Made by a program: the position numbers and the translations under genes
Notes under the pieces: generated by a model
What the model was told of the DNA's origin: nothing
Databases searched by the model: none
The model's input: only the letters and a program-made list of their open reading frames with translations
Source of the DNA: Stegostoma tigrinum
Taxonomy: Eukaryota
NCBI RefSeq assembly: GCF_030684315.1
Contig: NC_081354.1
Location: 130,983,314-131,047,313 of the forward strand
Direction: 5' to 3'
Length of the DNA stretch: 64,000 bases
In this document: positions 52,258 to 64,000 of the stretch, piece after piece
How positions within the stretch are numbered: the stretch's first letter is position 1
Layout: every line of letters starts with the position of its first letter

Positions 52258-52556
52258 AGGGCAGCATGATGGCTAAGTGGTTAGCACTGTTACCTCACAG
52301 TACCAGAGACCTGGGTTCAATTCCAGCTTTGGATGACTGCGTGGATTTTATATGTAGACCCTCTACCTGCTTATGTTTCATCCCATGGTCCAAAGATGTG
52401 TAAGCTAGGTGGATTAGCCATGATAAATTGTCCCTAATGCACAGGCTAGGTGGATTAGCCTTGGGAAATGTGGGGTTACAGGGTCTGGGTGGGATGCCAT
52501 TCAGACGGTTGGTGCTGGCTCGATGCCTGAATGGCCTCTTTCTGCACTATAGGAAC
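52258..52556 (+). mobile_element. HE1-type tRNA-derived SINE
   Basis: TGGCTAAGTGGTTAGCAC...GGGTTCAATTCC head and CCAAAGATGTG core. Confidence 0.8.
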
Positions 52557-53439
52557 CCTAGGTTGTGCTTTACAGTGTAAATCACAGATTGAGCCAGGTC
52601 ATCTTGGGGCTTCCTAAACCGTTATGCTCAGTTCTTCCTTTCCTGTTAACTCTGTCAGTTTTGAGCTTCCAAATGCTCCCACGTAACTCTTTAATTTAAG
52701 TCCTCATCGACTGACATTAATCCCTGAGCCGAGCCAAACAGTTTAGCCAAACCAGCCATCATGCTGCACTATCTGCCAGTCTAAACCACTGGTGGGACCG
52801 TTGATAGCAACCCCCTGCATGGAAATCACATTTGTTCCAATGCACTATCATCTCACACCACCATGTGTTGACTTATCTCCCTTTACAATTATTGTTTGCT
52901 CTTCATTTCAGCATGCTGCCTCTGAACCCACAATCGACTGCCCCAAATTCCCAACCAGCACGGCCCCGACTTTCAGCGGATTAATGTGGATAATCCCTTG
53001 ACTGGCTTGGATAAGAGAGGTCTGGCTGATAGATGTGCAGCTCCCTGACGGTGCCTCGTGGACTGGTTACACTGGACCTGCTATGCCCAACTCCCAGACT
53101 GCAGAGATATGGAACCCTTACACTGACTGCTCCAAGCAGCTGACTGCCCGTGTCCAACTCCTAGACTGAAATCGAACACTATCCTTGACTGACTGCAATG
53201 GTATCGCTGACTAGTAGTCCTCTTTAACTTGACCAAAGACTGTTCCTCTTAGACTTTGAAAGATGGTCATTCGGCTAAAACACATGCAGTGTGCTTGTTG
53301 CATAAGATGTTGGTACTTGTTGTAAGTGTGACATTGATATAGCCTGGCTCCATACACCAATAGTTCCACCCCCTTGACTGATCTCTGCTGGCAACCATGA
53401 AAAGTTGTTTGGCTTTGTGTGTGCACTAAAGGCAAGGAA

Positions 53440-54145
53440 AGACGGAAGTATTATGAGCCCTTTGGCTCTGAACAAAGTGACAAAGTGCAAGAAGGCAAAG
53501 CACGGCAAGGCAGTAATGTTGTGAGTATCCAAACAGGCACAGAATGGGTGAGCACTCAGACAGCAAATGAGCAGCTCCGAGGTAAACCCTGTTCCAGTGA
53601 ATAATTGCGTGGTTGTCCCTTCCTGCAAAGTGGCCTGCCAAAGCTTTAAAATATATGGTGTTAGTGCCCTCCGAAGAACAGCATTGAAGTAGCAAAATGT
53701 ACCCCAAGGTTTTCCAAGATATGTTCTGATGATATGGTTAGACTCCATGGAGATTTGGTGCAGGCTGTCACTAGCCTTGGAGCATACCCCGAGATGCTGG
53801 GAACAATGGCCAAGACGGAGGTCCAGAGGACCGAGTGGTATGCTGCATTCACCAGGTACCTTCTCAGGCATTCATGTTAACAATTGTTGCCATCCAGTTT
53901 CTCCCCACTGTGTAGGAGAATAACACACTGCATGCTAATGAGATGAGATTAAGTACAAATGAAATGTAAATGCGTTAAAATAGACCTCTCGCTTCTCACT
54001 AGTCTGATTCTTATCTCACCATTCAAACCTTCGATGAAAAACCTGAATTTTTTTCTTGAATTGAGAATCTCATTTTCTAATCCCAGCATGCTTTCCCAAC
54101 AGCTCCAACATTGACAATGTCACTCAGGGCTCGGAAAATTCAGTT
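53440..54145. mobile_element. Probable Harbinger-derived relic
   Basis: Weak transposase N-terminal similarity (NRVY, - strand) and Myb/SANT start (PRFS, + strand) in a divergent layout. Confidence 0.35.
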
Positions 54146-54677
54146 CTATATCTTGTTAAATACAAGAGAGCAGGAAGTACTTTTCTTCTACTACACTGGA
54201 TAAAGTTGGCACTGGTTTTTTTCTACACTTATAAAGAATTGTGGCAGCAATTTTAATTATGAGCAGCAGCTCACACGAATTGTAACTGGTATGTGCAGGC
54301 AACGGTTCCAGTTCATGTTGTCCAATCTCGATCAAATCTGAAGTCTCTATTACTGTTGTGGCTGCGTACAGATCAAGACAGAACATATAGCAAGTAAGTG
54401 AGGATAGGATTCTATAATAATGACAAATATGTTGTCAACACCATTTAAAGATGTGGGGCAAGAGCTTTGTTTGCATCATACATTTATGGAGGAGTAATAC
54501 AAGTGCCGATAGTCCATTATGTGGGAGGCATATATTCCATGCCATAATTCACTTCCCTGAGCAATAGTAAAGTTCTAGTGGCATTAGAGTCTTCTTAAGA
54601 AAATAAAAGGCCTCGCCTAAAAGAAAAGTATGGTGGATCCTTGAAATCAGAACTACAAAGGGGAAATCCTGAAGATT

Positions 54678-54910
54678 TCTGAAGAAGGGTCTAGACCTGA
54701 AGTGTCAGCTTTCCTGCTCCTCTGATGCTGCTTGGCCCGCTGTGTTCATCTAGCTCTACACTTTATTATTGCACCCAAGTGCAATTTGAAGGTCTTTGGA
54801 ACTTCAGATCAAGAACAATTGGACTCTGTTTCTCTCTCTCCACAGATGCTGCCAGAAATTTTGCATTCCTCAGCATTCCCTATGTTTTCTATTTCAGAAA
54901 CTGTAGCAGT
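54678..54910 (+). mobile_element. PLE terminal repeats (family A 54678-54770; family D-like about 54810-54910)
   Basis: CTGAAGAAGGGTCTAGACCTGAAGTGTCAGC (decayed hammerhead) and CACAGATGCTGCCAGA...CAGCAT. Confidence 0.7.
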
Positions 54911-55409
54911 TATTTAAAAACTTTCTACCCGACATTGGGTAGCTGGTCGAAGTCTGTTCTATTCAGCATTAACCAGATCTTACATGCAATTTAATCAGCA
55001 GCTTAAAGGGACGGCTGGTGAACAGAACAAAAAGATTAGTTTTGATTTTTTTTAAATGCACTTGCATTTCTGCAAACTGCACACAAGTCACCAAATATTG
55101 TTTGTCCCTGATTGTCTAACTAGATCATCACATCACCGTGACCCCCTCAGCCATCTTTCCCCATGCCAGATCTTGCCTGAACATGCTGCCATAATTGTAA
55201 CAGCCCAAAATTGGTGTCAATCTCTGAAGGGATTTTGGGGATGGGTATCTGCTGTCCACAGCTTTCTGATCTAATTTCTATGAGGTCAAACATCTGACTT
55301 CAGTTGGGCTTGAGGTCTACCTGTTCCTGCACGGACACTTTATGTGCAACCACTTTGTACTAGCATGTTGGTATTCTTGCATTTCCCCTAACAGGGTTCA
55401 ATGAAAGTC

Positions 55410-56199
55410 ACATCTGCCAATGTGGTATACTGCATCCACCGTACCCGGTGTGGCTTCCTCTACATTGGGGAAACCAAGCGGAGGCTTGGAGACCGCTTTG
55501 CAGAACACCTCCGCTCAGTTCGCAACAAACAACTGCACCTCCCAGTCGCAAACCATTTCCACTCCCCCTCCCATTCTCTAGATGACATGTCCATCATGGG
55601 CTTCCTGCACTGCCACAATGATGCCACCCGAAGGTTGCAGGAACAGCAACTCATATTCCGCCTGGGAACCCTGCAGCCATATGGTATCAATGTGGACTTC
55701 ACCAGTTTCAAAATCTCCCCTTCCCCTACTGCATCCCTAAACCAGCCCAGTTCATCCCCTCCCCCCACTGCGCCACACAACCAGCCCAGCTCTTCCCCCC
55801 CACCCACTGCATCCCAAAACCAGTCCAACCTGTCTCTGCCTCCCTAACCGGTTCTTCCTCTCACCCATCCCTTCCTCCCACCCCAAGCCGCACCCCCAGC
55901 TACCTACTAACCTCATCCCACCTCCTTGACCTGTCCGTCTTCCCTGGACTGACCTATCCCCTCCCTACCTGCCCACCTATACTCTCTCCACCTATCTTCT
56001 TTACTCTCCATCTTCGGTCCGCCTCCCCCTCTCTCCCTATTTATTCCAGTTCCCTCTCCCCATCTCCCTCTCTGATGAAGGGTCTAGGCCCAAAACGTCA
56101 GCTTTTGTGCTCCTGAGATGCTGCTTGGCCTGCTGTGTTCATCCAGCCTCACATTTTGTTGTCTTGGAATTCTCCGGCATCTGCAGTTCCCATTATCTC
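55410..56199 (+). mobile_element. Young 5'-truncated Neptune-type PLE (GIY-YIG plus terminal repeat)
   Basis: VVYCIHRTRCGFLYIGETKRRLGDRFAEHL...LGTLQPYGINVDF; 12-bp TSD TCAATGAAAGTC (55398-409 / 56200-211). Confidence 0.95.
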
Positions 56200-56274
56200 T
56201 CAATGAAAGTCTTGTCAATTTTCAAGTTATTTATGTAGCTAATATTGAATGCAAAAGCACGTTGAAGTTAAAGA

Positions 56275-56925
56275 GTCATAAAGTCATATAGCACAGAAAC
56301 TTAGCTCTTTGGCCCAACTCATCCATGTTGACAAGGTCTCCTGAGCTTGTCCCATTTGCCTGCATTTGGCCCATATCTCTCTAAACTATCCTAACTGCAT
56401 ACCTGTCCGAATGTCTTTTAAGTGTTGTAATTGTACTCCCCTCTACCAGTTCCCCTGGCAACTAATTCCACATATGCACCTCCCTCTGTGTGAAAAAGTT
56501 ACCTCTCAGATCCCTTTTAAATCTTTCTCATTTCACCTCAAAACTTTGTCCTTTAGTTTTGAACTGCCCCACCCTAGGGAAAAAAAGCCATGGCTAGTCA
56601 CCTTATCTATGCCCCCTATGATTTTATAAACCTCGATAAGGTCACCCCTCAGCCTCGTGTGCTCCAGGGGAAAGAAACATTCCAGCCTAACCAGCCTCTC
56701 TGTATAACCCAAACATTCCAGTCTCTGCAACACTCTTGTAAATCTTTTTTGAACTATTTCTGGTTTAATAACATCCCTCCTATGGCAGGATGACCAGAAT
56801 TATGTGTAGTACTCCAAATGTGGCCTTACCAATGTCACATACAGTCATAACATGGTGTTCTTCTTAAAATGTGGAACCACATTAGCTGTCCTCCAGTATT
56901 CTGGCATCTCCCACACTTCTTGTTG
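56275..56925 (-). mobile_element. CR1-type LINE 3' fragment
   Basis: LEHTRLRGDLIEVYKIIGGIDKV; tail AGAGTCATAAAGTCATA. Confidence 0.85.
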
Positions 56926-59900
56926 TAAGTTGTTGGAAATTATAGGCATGACTAAACAAAATGTGAAACTGTCACATTTTTGTGCAAGTTTATACAAGAA
57001 AAAAAGCCATTCATATATAATCCTTTTAAGAATTGATTGCAAAGTTGATTTTGGCCCCTGTGAAATTGTGTTACATTAGTTAAACTCGGATGCCACTCGG
57101 ATTAAGATCACATGCTAATAATAAGAGATTAAGTTGCTTTCTGCCAAAGACATTTAACTACTTCCCTTTAGCCTGATTTCTTTCATGAGCAAGATTAGTT
57201 TTTGACCCTCTTTAGGACAAAAACTATTGATTTCAAAGTAAAATCTTTTTATAATCTCCTGTAAATGTGTCTTAACTTTATCACAAAGCTGTTTTCTTTG
57301 CCTCCTTTTTTGCAATGTATCTTATCACCGCTCTGCTCTCTACAGAATAAACCTGTCTTCAAGTGTGACCACATATTTCTAAATTTATAGATTGGTGTCG
57401 ACAAAATCATCTGCAAATGTCTGAACTGTGCCCTCACTGAACATAGTGAGTTTCTTGACTTCCTGCCTGTTGCAACATATGTAATTCCTTTTGAAGTTAT
57501 ACGAATGCTTGCCTTCCAAATTGTATGGCGATTGTTCCAAGTGGAATGCGTAATGGAATCATATATTCTGAGTTACTACTTGTTGATAATAATAACCATT
57601 TGAAGAAATGAAAATGCTTTTTAAAATGTAGCTTTGAAATGTAGCAACAAGAATTGTCAACACAGAGAACATGTGCACTTTATTATGTGTCCAGAGGCCT
57701 GAATGATGACGTGACAATGTAATTGTACGCTACATCTGGTGCTGCTCACTTGACAAATACAGAAACCTATCCATTTTGAAATATTTTTCACCTTAGTTAT
57801 TATCTTTCACAGAATGGACTCACAAGACGGTACAGCACAGACAAGGCTATTTATATGTTAAGACTGTGTCAATTCTTTCAATGAGTGATCCAGTTATGCT
57901 GCTCCTTTAAAACAAGAGTCTTTACTGATTGCTTTATGTGTTAAATCTATTTTTCTATTTTTATGTTAGTTCAACAATAAATTGTTTAAACACAAATATA
58001 ATTCATTTACATTTTTGACAGAATCCTCAGTTTGTTATTGCTTGTCAGTAACAGAAGAGAATGGGTGTAATATGTTATTTATCTAAGCAGTCAAGATTTA
58101 CTCCAATGACCCAAAGTTCTTCCCCTTATTGTTGGAAACAGAAACACACACTAGGAATTAGTTCCATCTGTTAGCACATCTAAGTGACCATCCTCCTTGC
58201 CCCTGAACCTAGCTACTGGGATCTCACAGATTATTAGTTTTTGCAAGTGGGGAAGAGAGCATCAAAACCAAGCCCCATCATGCATGATACCTAGCAATTG
58301 ACTTGTATCAAATCATGAGTGATGGCTAATTTACTGCTTCCAAGGCCAGATGCAAACAGACCACTCCTTTTGCCACTCCAGCTGAACTCTGCACACTCAA
58401 TACCAAATCAAATCTGCCACTTTCTGGTCTTCATCCACTTGGCAACCCAAGATTGAAATCAATGGCATAATAACATGTCAACCAATGACTGAGACATTCT
58501 TCAAGAGCATTTCTGTGACCTGCAGGAGAGTAAATAGCCACATTGTCTTTAATTCCTGTGTATTTATTTTGCTATGATATTGAATCTAAAATTATTTTGG
58601 TACTCTGAACAATTATATGACAACAAAATAAAGTATATTTCATGTATAATATTTTGTCATGTTTCAAGGATATTTTAATGTATTTTAGAAGCAACGAAGA
58701 ATTAAAAGAGTACAGATTCAACACATACTCAGTCACGTGGATTAATGTCAAGAAAGATAGAGTAGTTATTCTACAATGGAGGCCTCTACTTGGAAATACA
58801 GCAATGCCATCAGCTTAGGCTCCTGATGTATATTTAAGGAAGCTCCCATCAGAAACAGCCAGGTTTTCTGCTAAGCCAATTACAAGAGGGTCTAAAAATT
58901 TCTTTCAGAAAGTCTGGGTGCCAGTGAAACTGTTGACACTCCCCCAATTTTTATCTGTTTGATGCTTATTATCCAGGGAAGAAATAATTGGCTGATGGCA
59001 CAAAATTGCCTTCCTTGGGTTCCTTTTTACTAAATATCTCTTAATTTCATAAGTCTATATCGAGCAATGAGAAAGGCATGCTGCTGTTCATGCATATGCT
59101 GTCATAGCCAGGCTATGTGCCACGCTAAACTAATCACGGTGAAAAATTAAAATCACTCTTTGACTAAACAACATTTTTCATTCACTTCTGTTTTTTTTCC
59201 AGTGTATACAGATACTCAAAAGAACATGAGAATTCCCTGTTTTAATGTGTTGCAGGTATTTGATCCTTCAGCTTATGCAGCTCATTTAGGATGTTGCTGA
59301 ACTACGACAGTCTATTTGTTTCAAATTATTGACAATGGAAATACACGCTCCTGGTCTTTATCTGCCAATACCAAAGTAAACGTGTTGAACTTTTTGTTTC
59401 CTTCATTTGTAGCAGCTTGTCAGAATGAGTGGTAATGCCACATTAATCCATCAGATAAGAGGAAGGTGAAGTGCTACTCTGTGCTCTTTAAAATGCCAAT
59501 GTTTATTTTCTTTCCCTTTTGACACTTAACAGTATTGCAGTCTGGGTCTTTCTTGGATCTCCATCCAAACGCTCCATTAGAAAGGATTAGATTTTCTCTC
59601 AAATATAAGAAATAATACATGTAATTAGTACATTCAACACATTGTTTTATTTTGATAGCAAGCATCAATCATCAGGTGTAACCCGAGAGACACAATTTGC
59701 CCTATGAACTGTAGCTGTGGCTCCTGTGGCAACATCAGATTGCAGAAGCTTGTCAAAAGAAGGTTAGAGCATGTTTTAATGCTACTAGGGGCTTAGTATT
59801 TAATGTGGTATACCCCAGGAAAATTATCTGTGGTTATTATTTTAGTTTTCCTTTTCATGATATCACTTGTATTAGACCGGCACTGGTATTAGACACTGAG

Positions 59901-61154
59901 CCTGACAATATGCAATTTAATACAATGCTCCCTATTTGCATCTCTCCCCACAACTCCACCCTCCACCATTCTCCCCATCATTGGCCATCAATGCAATCAG
60001 TAGACAGAGGGAGATATTTGAGAAATTCTACATTGATCTGTGAAGTGACTGTGGAGGGAATATTAAAATACGAGAACTTTGTTTTCAAGCCTTGTAAATG
60101 TACAGGAGTCCACAGTGACAAGGGGATACATTGCCCAGAAGCCCACCTCCATTTGGCAAAGTTGTGCTGTCAGCTACAGCTCGGAACAATTATCGCAATC
60201 CACACCCATTGCACAATTCAACAATTTGCTCCAAAGATCAATGATTCACTGTGAAAATAAAAAACCTCTTGACATCTAACCTTCTGTGTGCTTATTTATT
60301 TGCGAGTTGTCTGATCACTCCTAACCGTATGTTTTGATATTGTTGCCACATTTATCCACTACTTTCTTCTCCTCTGATGTTTTGGCAGCTTTTGTTGCCT
60401 TTAGCTAAATTTGATACCCATCCTTCCTCTCCTGAGAACTATTTTCTAAGGTCAACTAAGTGTCCATTAATATCTCTTCATGCTAATTGAAGTGGTTTAC
60501 CATTTGTTGCAATAAATTTTCTGTCATCCTTTACTCCTGAGTTTCTACCTTTCTTCAACTGCCAGTTCCTTAAGGACATAGCTCCCAGAGCAAGTAATCA
60601 CACCAGGGGATAACCCCAGTGCATTAGTTTTAAGGCTGGCTTTGAGGAAATCCTTTCTTTTTCATAGGGTTTTTATGTTTGCTGATCTCTTCATTGAAAC
60701 TAGTAAATCCATTATTCAAGATCACACAGGTGTATGCTTGGAAAATACATCAGCTTTGCAGGAAAACTAGAAATACACATTACCAAACTAAATACGGGGA
60801 GCAAACTCAATTCTAACCAGCCAGTATGAGTGTGCACATTTTGGGAAATTAGGCTGTATCTGTCCTGCTGGATCTCTGTCAATTTTTGCTCTGGTTTGAA
60901 ATTTCCAGGCTTGCTTGCACCAAATTTCAGACCACCCAGAAAGATACAGGCACACACATTTAAATGACGCTATTCTGACTTTGCCTATCATCGCCATCTC
61001 AATTACACTAATGTGAACAGATGAAAGATAATAAATATCCGTGGTAGAAAATTGAATGGATAGATTGACTATAGATTACCTTTCAATTCTGTTAATGAGT
61101 CCTGGATGAGAAAAGGCGATCAGATTTTGGAACTGCCATGTTGCAATGCACTAA

Positions 61155-61590
61155 CCATAAGACCATAAGATTTTGGAGCTGAATTAGGATTTTCAGCACA
61201 ACAAGCCTGCTCTGCCATTCAATCATGGCTGATATTTTCTCCTGATTCTCCTGTAACCTTTGATCCCCTTAACAATCAAGAACCTATCTTTGTCTTAAAT
61301 ATATTCAATGGCTTGGCCTCCAGTGCCTTTTGCATCAATGAATTCCACTAATTCACTACCCTCTGGCTGAAGAAATTCCTCCTCATCTCAGCACTAATGA
61401 ATTGTCCCCTCACTCTGAGGCTACACCATCTGGGTGTAATCTCTCCTACTTGTGGAAAAGTCTTTATGTCTACTGTATCCAGGAGTCTCAATGTTCTGTA
61501 AGTTTCAAAGAATTTCCCCACAAACCTTCGAAACTCCATCAAGTACACACTCAGAGTCCTCAATCTATTCCTGCTCACCTTTTCTCTAAC
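61155..61590 (-). mobile_element. CR1-type LINE 3' fragment
   Basis: EMRRNFFSQRVVN; tail ACCATAAGACCATAAGA. Confidence 0.85.
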
Positions 61591-62679
61591 TCTATATTTC
61601 AAATATGCTTCTTTTCAAATGCCATAAGAACTTTCAGTGGTTTTGCTCAGATCTTGTACGGAGTTTCCAGGTTATCTAGTTTTTATTTTAATTTCAGTAC
61701 TTTCAGCATATCCTCACTAGTGTTATGATGGGCCACAAATTTTCAGATGCAATAATCCTGTCTCATCAAGTTACTTGGAAACATTTATTTCTGTTTGGTT
61801 TACAATAAATATTAACAAATGAACAAAGTATTTTCTCACATTTCGATGCAAATGCTCTAGTAGAAGTGCATAAACAAATTAGTTACTCATTTAGACATAC
61901 ATTTTTGTGTATGTAAGTTAAATAATGGTTAATTGTGACCTTGGCGTATTATCTCTCACCCTTGAACTCTTTGCTGTGTTCAGTGTGATTGAACACACCA
62001 AGCACCTAAAATAACATTTATTTTATCATCCAGCTACGTAGCCTCTTTCTAACATCTCACTGCAATATTCTTCGGCCGTCTATCCTCCCAGCATTTCTCT
62101 TCAGACCGAAAAGTTGAAGAATGTGGTATTGGCTGCCAATGGAACAATGGCAGTGACTGGCATGGATGTGGAAAAAAGTTAGATAAGTGTATGAAAGAGA
62201 ACAGAATGGAAGGAAATGTTGACACGGTAAGATGAAATAAATAGATTGAGAGGAAGTTGGTATGGAACTTTGGCCAAATAGTATTTTTTAGTCCTGTTCT
62301 TCTGAGTCTGACTTTTTTGGATATCCTCCCTCCCTTTTCCATTACGTCCATTATATTTAATTCTCTCTAGCCAGGAAATAATTTGGAGGCAAATTTCTTA
62401 AGTACTAGTAGTTTCTGTTCTTGATCCAAACAAGGGTCTGGATGATTGGTACTTCTATTGGGTGTAGTGAAATGAGTTTCTTTTCAAGGTAGTGAAATGT
62501 TATAAATGAATGACAGCATTTTTCTTTTGCAAAAAGATTTTCCAACACATGGCTTTGTTACCATTGGGTTCTATGCATTGAGTATGTAGGTTCCGCAGGT
62601 TACCATGAGAACAATGACAGATCATTGAGGTCTGGTTTGGTGGCAAATCTTAGTGTGGGGGTATGGCTAAGATCTTGAG

Positions 62680-63160
62680 ATTGGGTGGCTCGCCGAGTTG
62701 GTTTGTTGTTCTGCAGACGTTCCATTACCCTGCTGGGTAACATCATCAGTGCAGCTTCCGATGAAGCATCGGTGTGTTTTCCCGCTTGGTTTTTAAACTC
62801 TGGAGTCCGTTGAGCTGGATTACCTCACTTCCGGTTTTCTCGAAGCTTGGGGCAAGCTAAGCAGAGACAGGCACGGGAATTCCTAGAAGACTGGTACTCC
62901 ACGAATAAAGCCTTCAATAAACACATAGACCTGACCCCACATACACTCCACTACGAAGGGAAACCGGAAGTGAGGTAACCCAGCTTAATGGACCCCAGAG
63001 TTTAAAATCCAGGCAGGAAAACACACCGACGCTTTATCAGAGGCTGCACTGATGCCGTTGCTCAGCAAAGTAATGAAACATCTGCGGAACAACGAACCAG
63101 CTCGTTGAGACAACCAACCACAACAGCCATAACCTGAGCTACAAATCTACTCCAAAGCTT
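62680..63160 (+). mobile_element. Penelope/Poseidon-type PLE (family C) with inverted terminal repeat
   Basis: Inverted arms at about 62680-62839 / 62959-63118 flank LGQAKQRQAREFLEDWYSTNKAFNKHIDL (GIY-YIG C-terminus, from 62847). Confidence 0.8.
62712..62753 (-). ncRNA. Hammerhead ribozyme, family C (one core substitution)
   Basis: - strand: TGCA-CTGATGA-T-GTTACCC/AGCA/GGGTAAT-GGAAC-GTC-TGCA; stem I 4 bp, stem II 7 bp; GAAAC changed to GGAAC. Confidence 0.65.
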
Positions 63161-64000
63161 TACAGCTAAAATTGTTCAATCTTTGTTTTCCAAAGATCCC
63201 CATTCCCGAATATAACATTGCTGATCCGATGTGAAGCACGAGTCCAAACTCCTTTTAATGCAAATGCTGCAACTGTCACTGATTAAAACATTCTGTTATT
63301 ATTTCTTCTTCTGTACATACAAAAGTACATTAGCATACTCTCATGCTATTATGTGTAGGTAATCTGCAATCAATCAGTAAGCAATGACTGGGCAAATGTG
63401 AAAGGCATTATTCCAGCCAACACAGGACAACTGACCCGGGGAGGGGTTCAAGGAACAAAGTTATCAATCTATTGCGGCCACGGTTTTTCTGCAGACAGTG
63501 CCCCTTCTTCCTTAGGAAGCAAATGCTGCCTTCTTTTCTGGTCCTACTGCCTGAACGTACAATTCTCAAGGATACTGTCTTGCATGAGGAAATGTAAATA
63601 CAAAGGAAAACCTTTTTTTTCACAAGAGCTACTTTCATTTTAACAGAGAGAATAAGGGGTGTTTTAACAAAGGTGCTTAAAAATATGAAGGAATGGATAC
63701 AATAAGATTCAATACATTTCCAATTTCTGAGCGATATAGAAAGAGAGGGCCCACAGACCAAATATTTTTGGACAAAAGGCAGGAGTACATCTTTTTGAGT
63801 CTTTGAAATGTAATATTGGGGTTACTGATTGAAATGGAAACTGTATCAATATTAACAATAAGATCAAAGGGAAGAGGGAGGAAAATAGGCGGGCAGAATG
63901 ACTACAAGGAAGATAAATGTCAGCATAGACTGATTGCACTGAACAGCCTGTTTGTGAGTTGTAAAATTTATATAGTGCCAGGACTTGAAAAGGCCTTGTT

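Noticed and set aside
52258-52330. tRNA-like sequence with A and B boxes
   Set aside because: It is the head of an HE1-type SINE, followed directly by the SINE body.
1712-56199. Recurring roughly 100-bp sequence as a CRISPR repeat or small RNA gene family
   Set aside because: Copies are dispersed, in both orientations, have TSDs and are attached to GIY-YIG/RT coding sequence; there is no repeat-spacer array or cas gene.
59805-60254. 149-aa ORF in unique sequence
   Set aside because: Non-ATG start, no recognisable domain and no splice context; consistent with chance.

Overview
Eukaryotic, AT-rich, repeat-dominated non-coding DNA. The repeat inventory (HE1-type SINEs, CR1/HER1-type LINEs, a DeuSINE-like relic) points to a cartilaginous fish, probably a shark; this is inference. 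I cannot support any intact host protein-coding gene, and most tracked ORFs are transposon fragments or their antisense shadows. Contents: (1) many CR1-type LINE fragments, often nested, including a 356-aa open RT frame at 28852-29922 and a 2.8-kb copy at about 38516-41290; (2) tRNA-derived SINEs of several families; (3) fossil Harbinger transposons (HARBI1-like DDE transposase and Myb/SANT partner gene); (4) a Gypsy gag/protease relic; (5) about 20 pieces of Penelope-like elements (PLEs) from at least four families. The strongest non-obvious signal is that the PLE terminal repeats encode minimal type I hammerhead ribozymes (CUGAnGA-stem II-GAAAC-GUC with a palindromic, essentially absent stem III). 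Intact cores lie at 13706-13733 (+), 37607-37634 (-) and 42314-42341 (-). They occur as solo inserts with target-site duplications (TSDs), as long hairpins, nested inside one another, and once with a 5' end at the predicted cleavage site. A same-strand cluster of TGACAG (TALE homeodomain) motifs at about 3.5-3.65 kb is the best candidate host regulatory element. Repeat boundaries were read by eye and are approximate unless a TSD is quoted.
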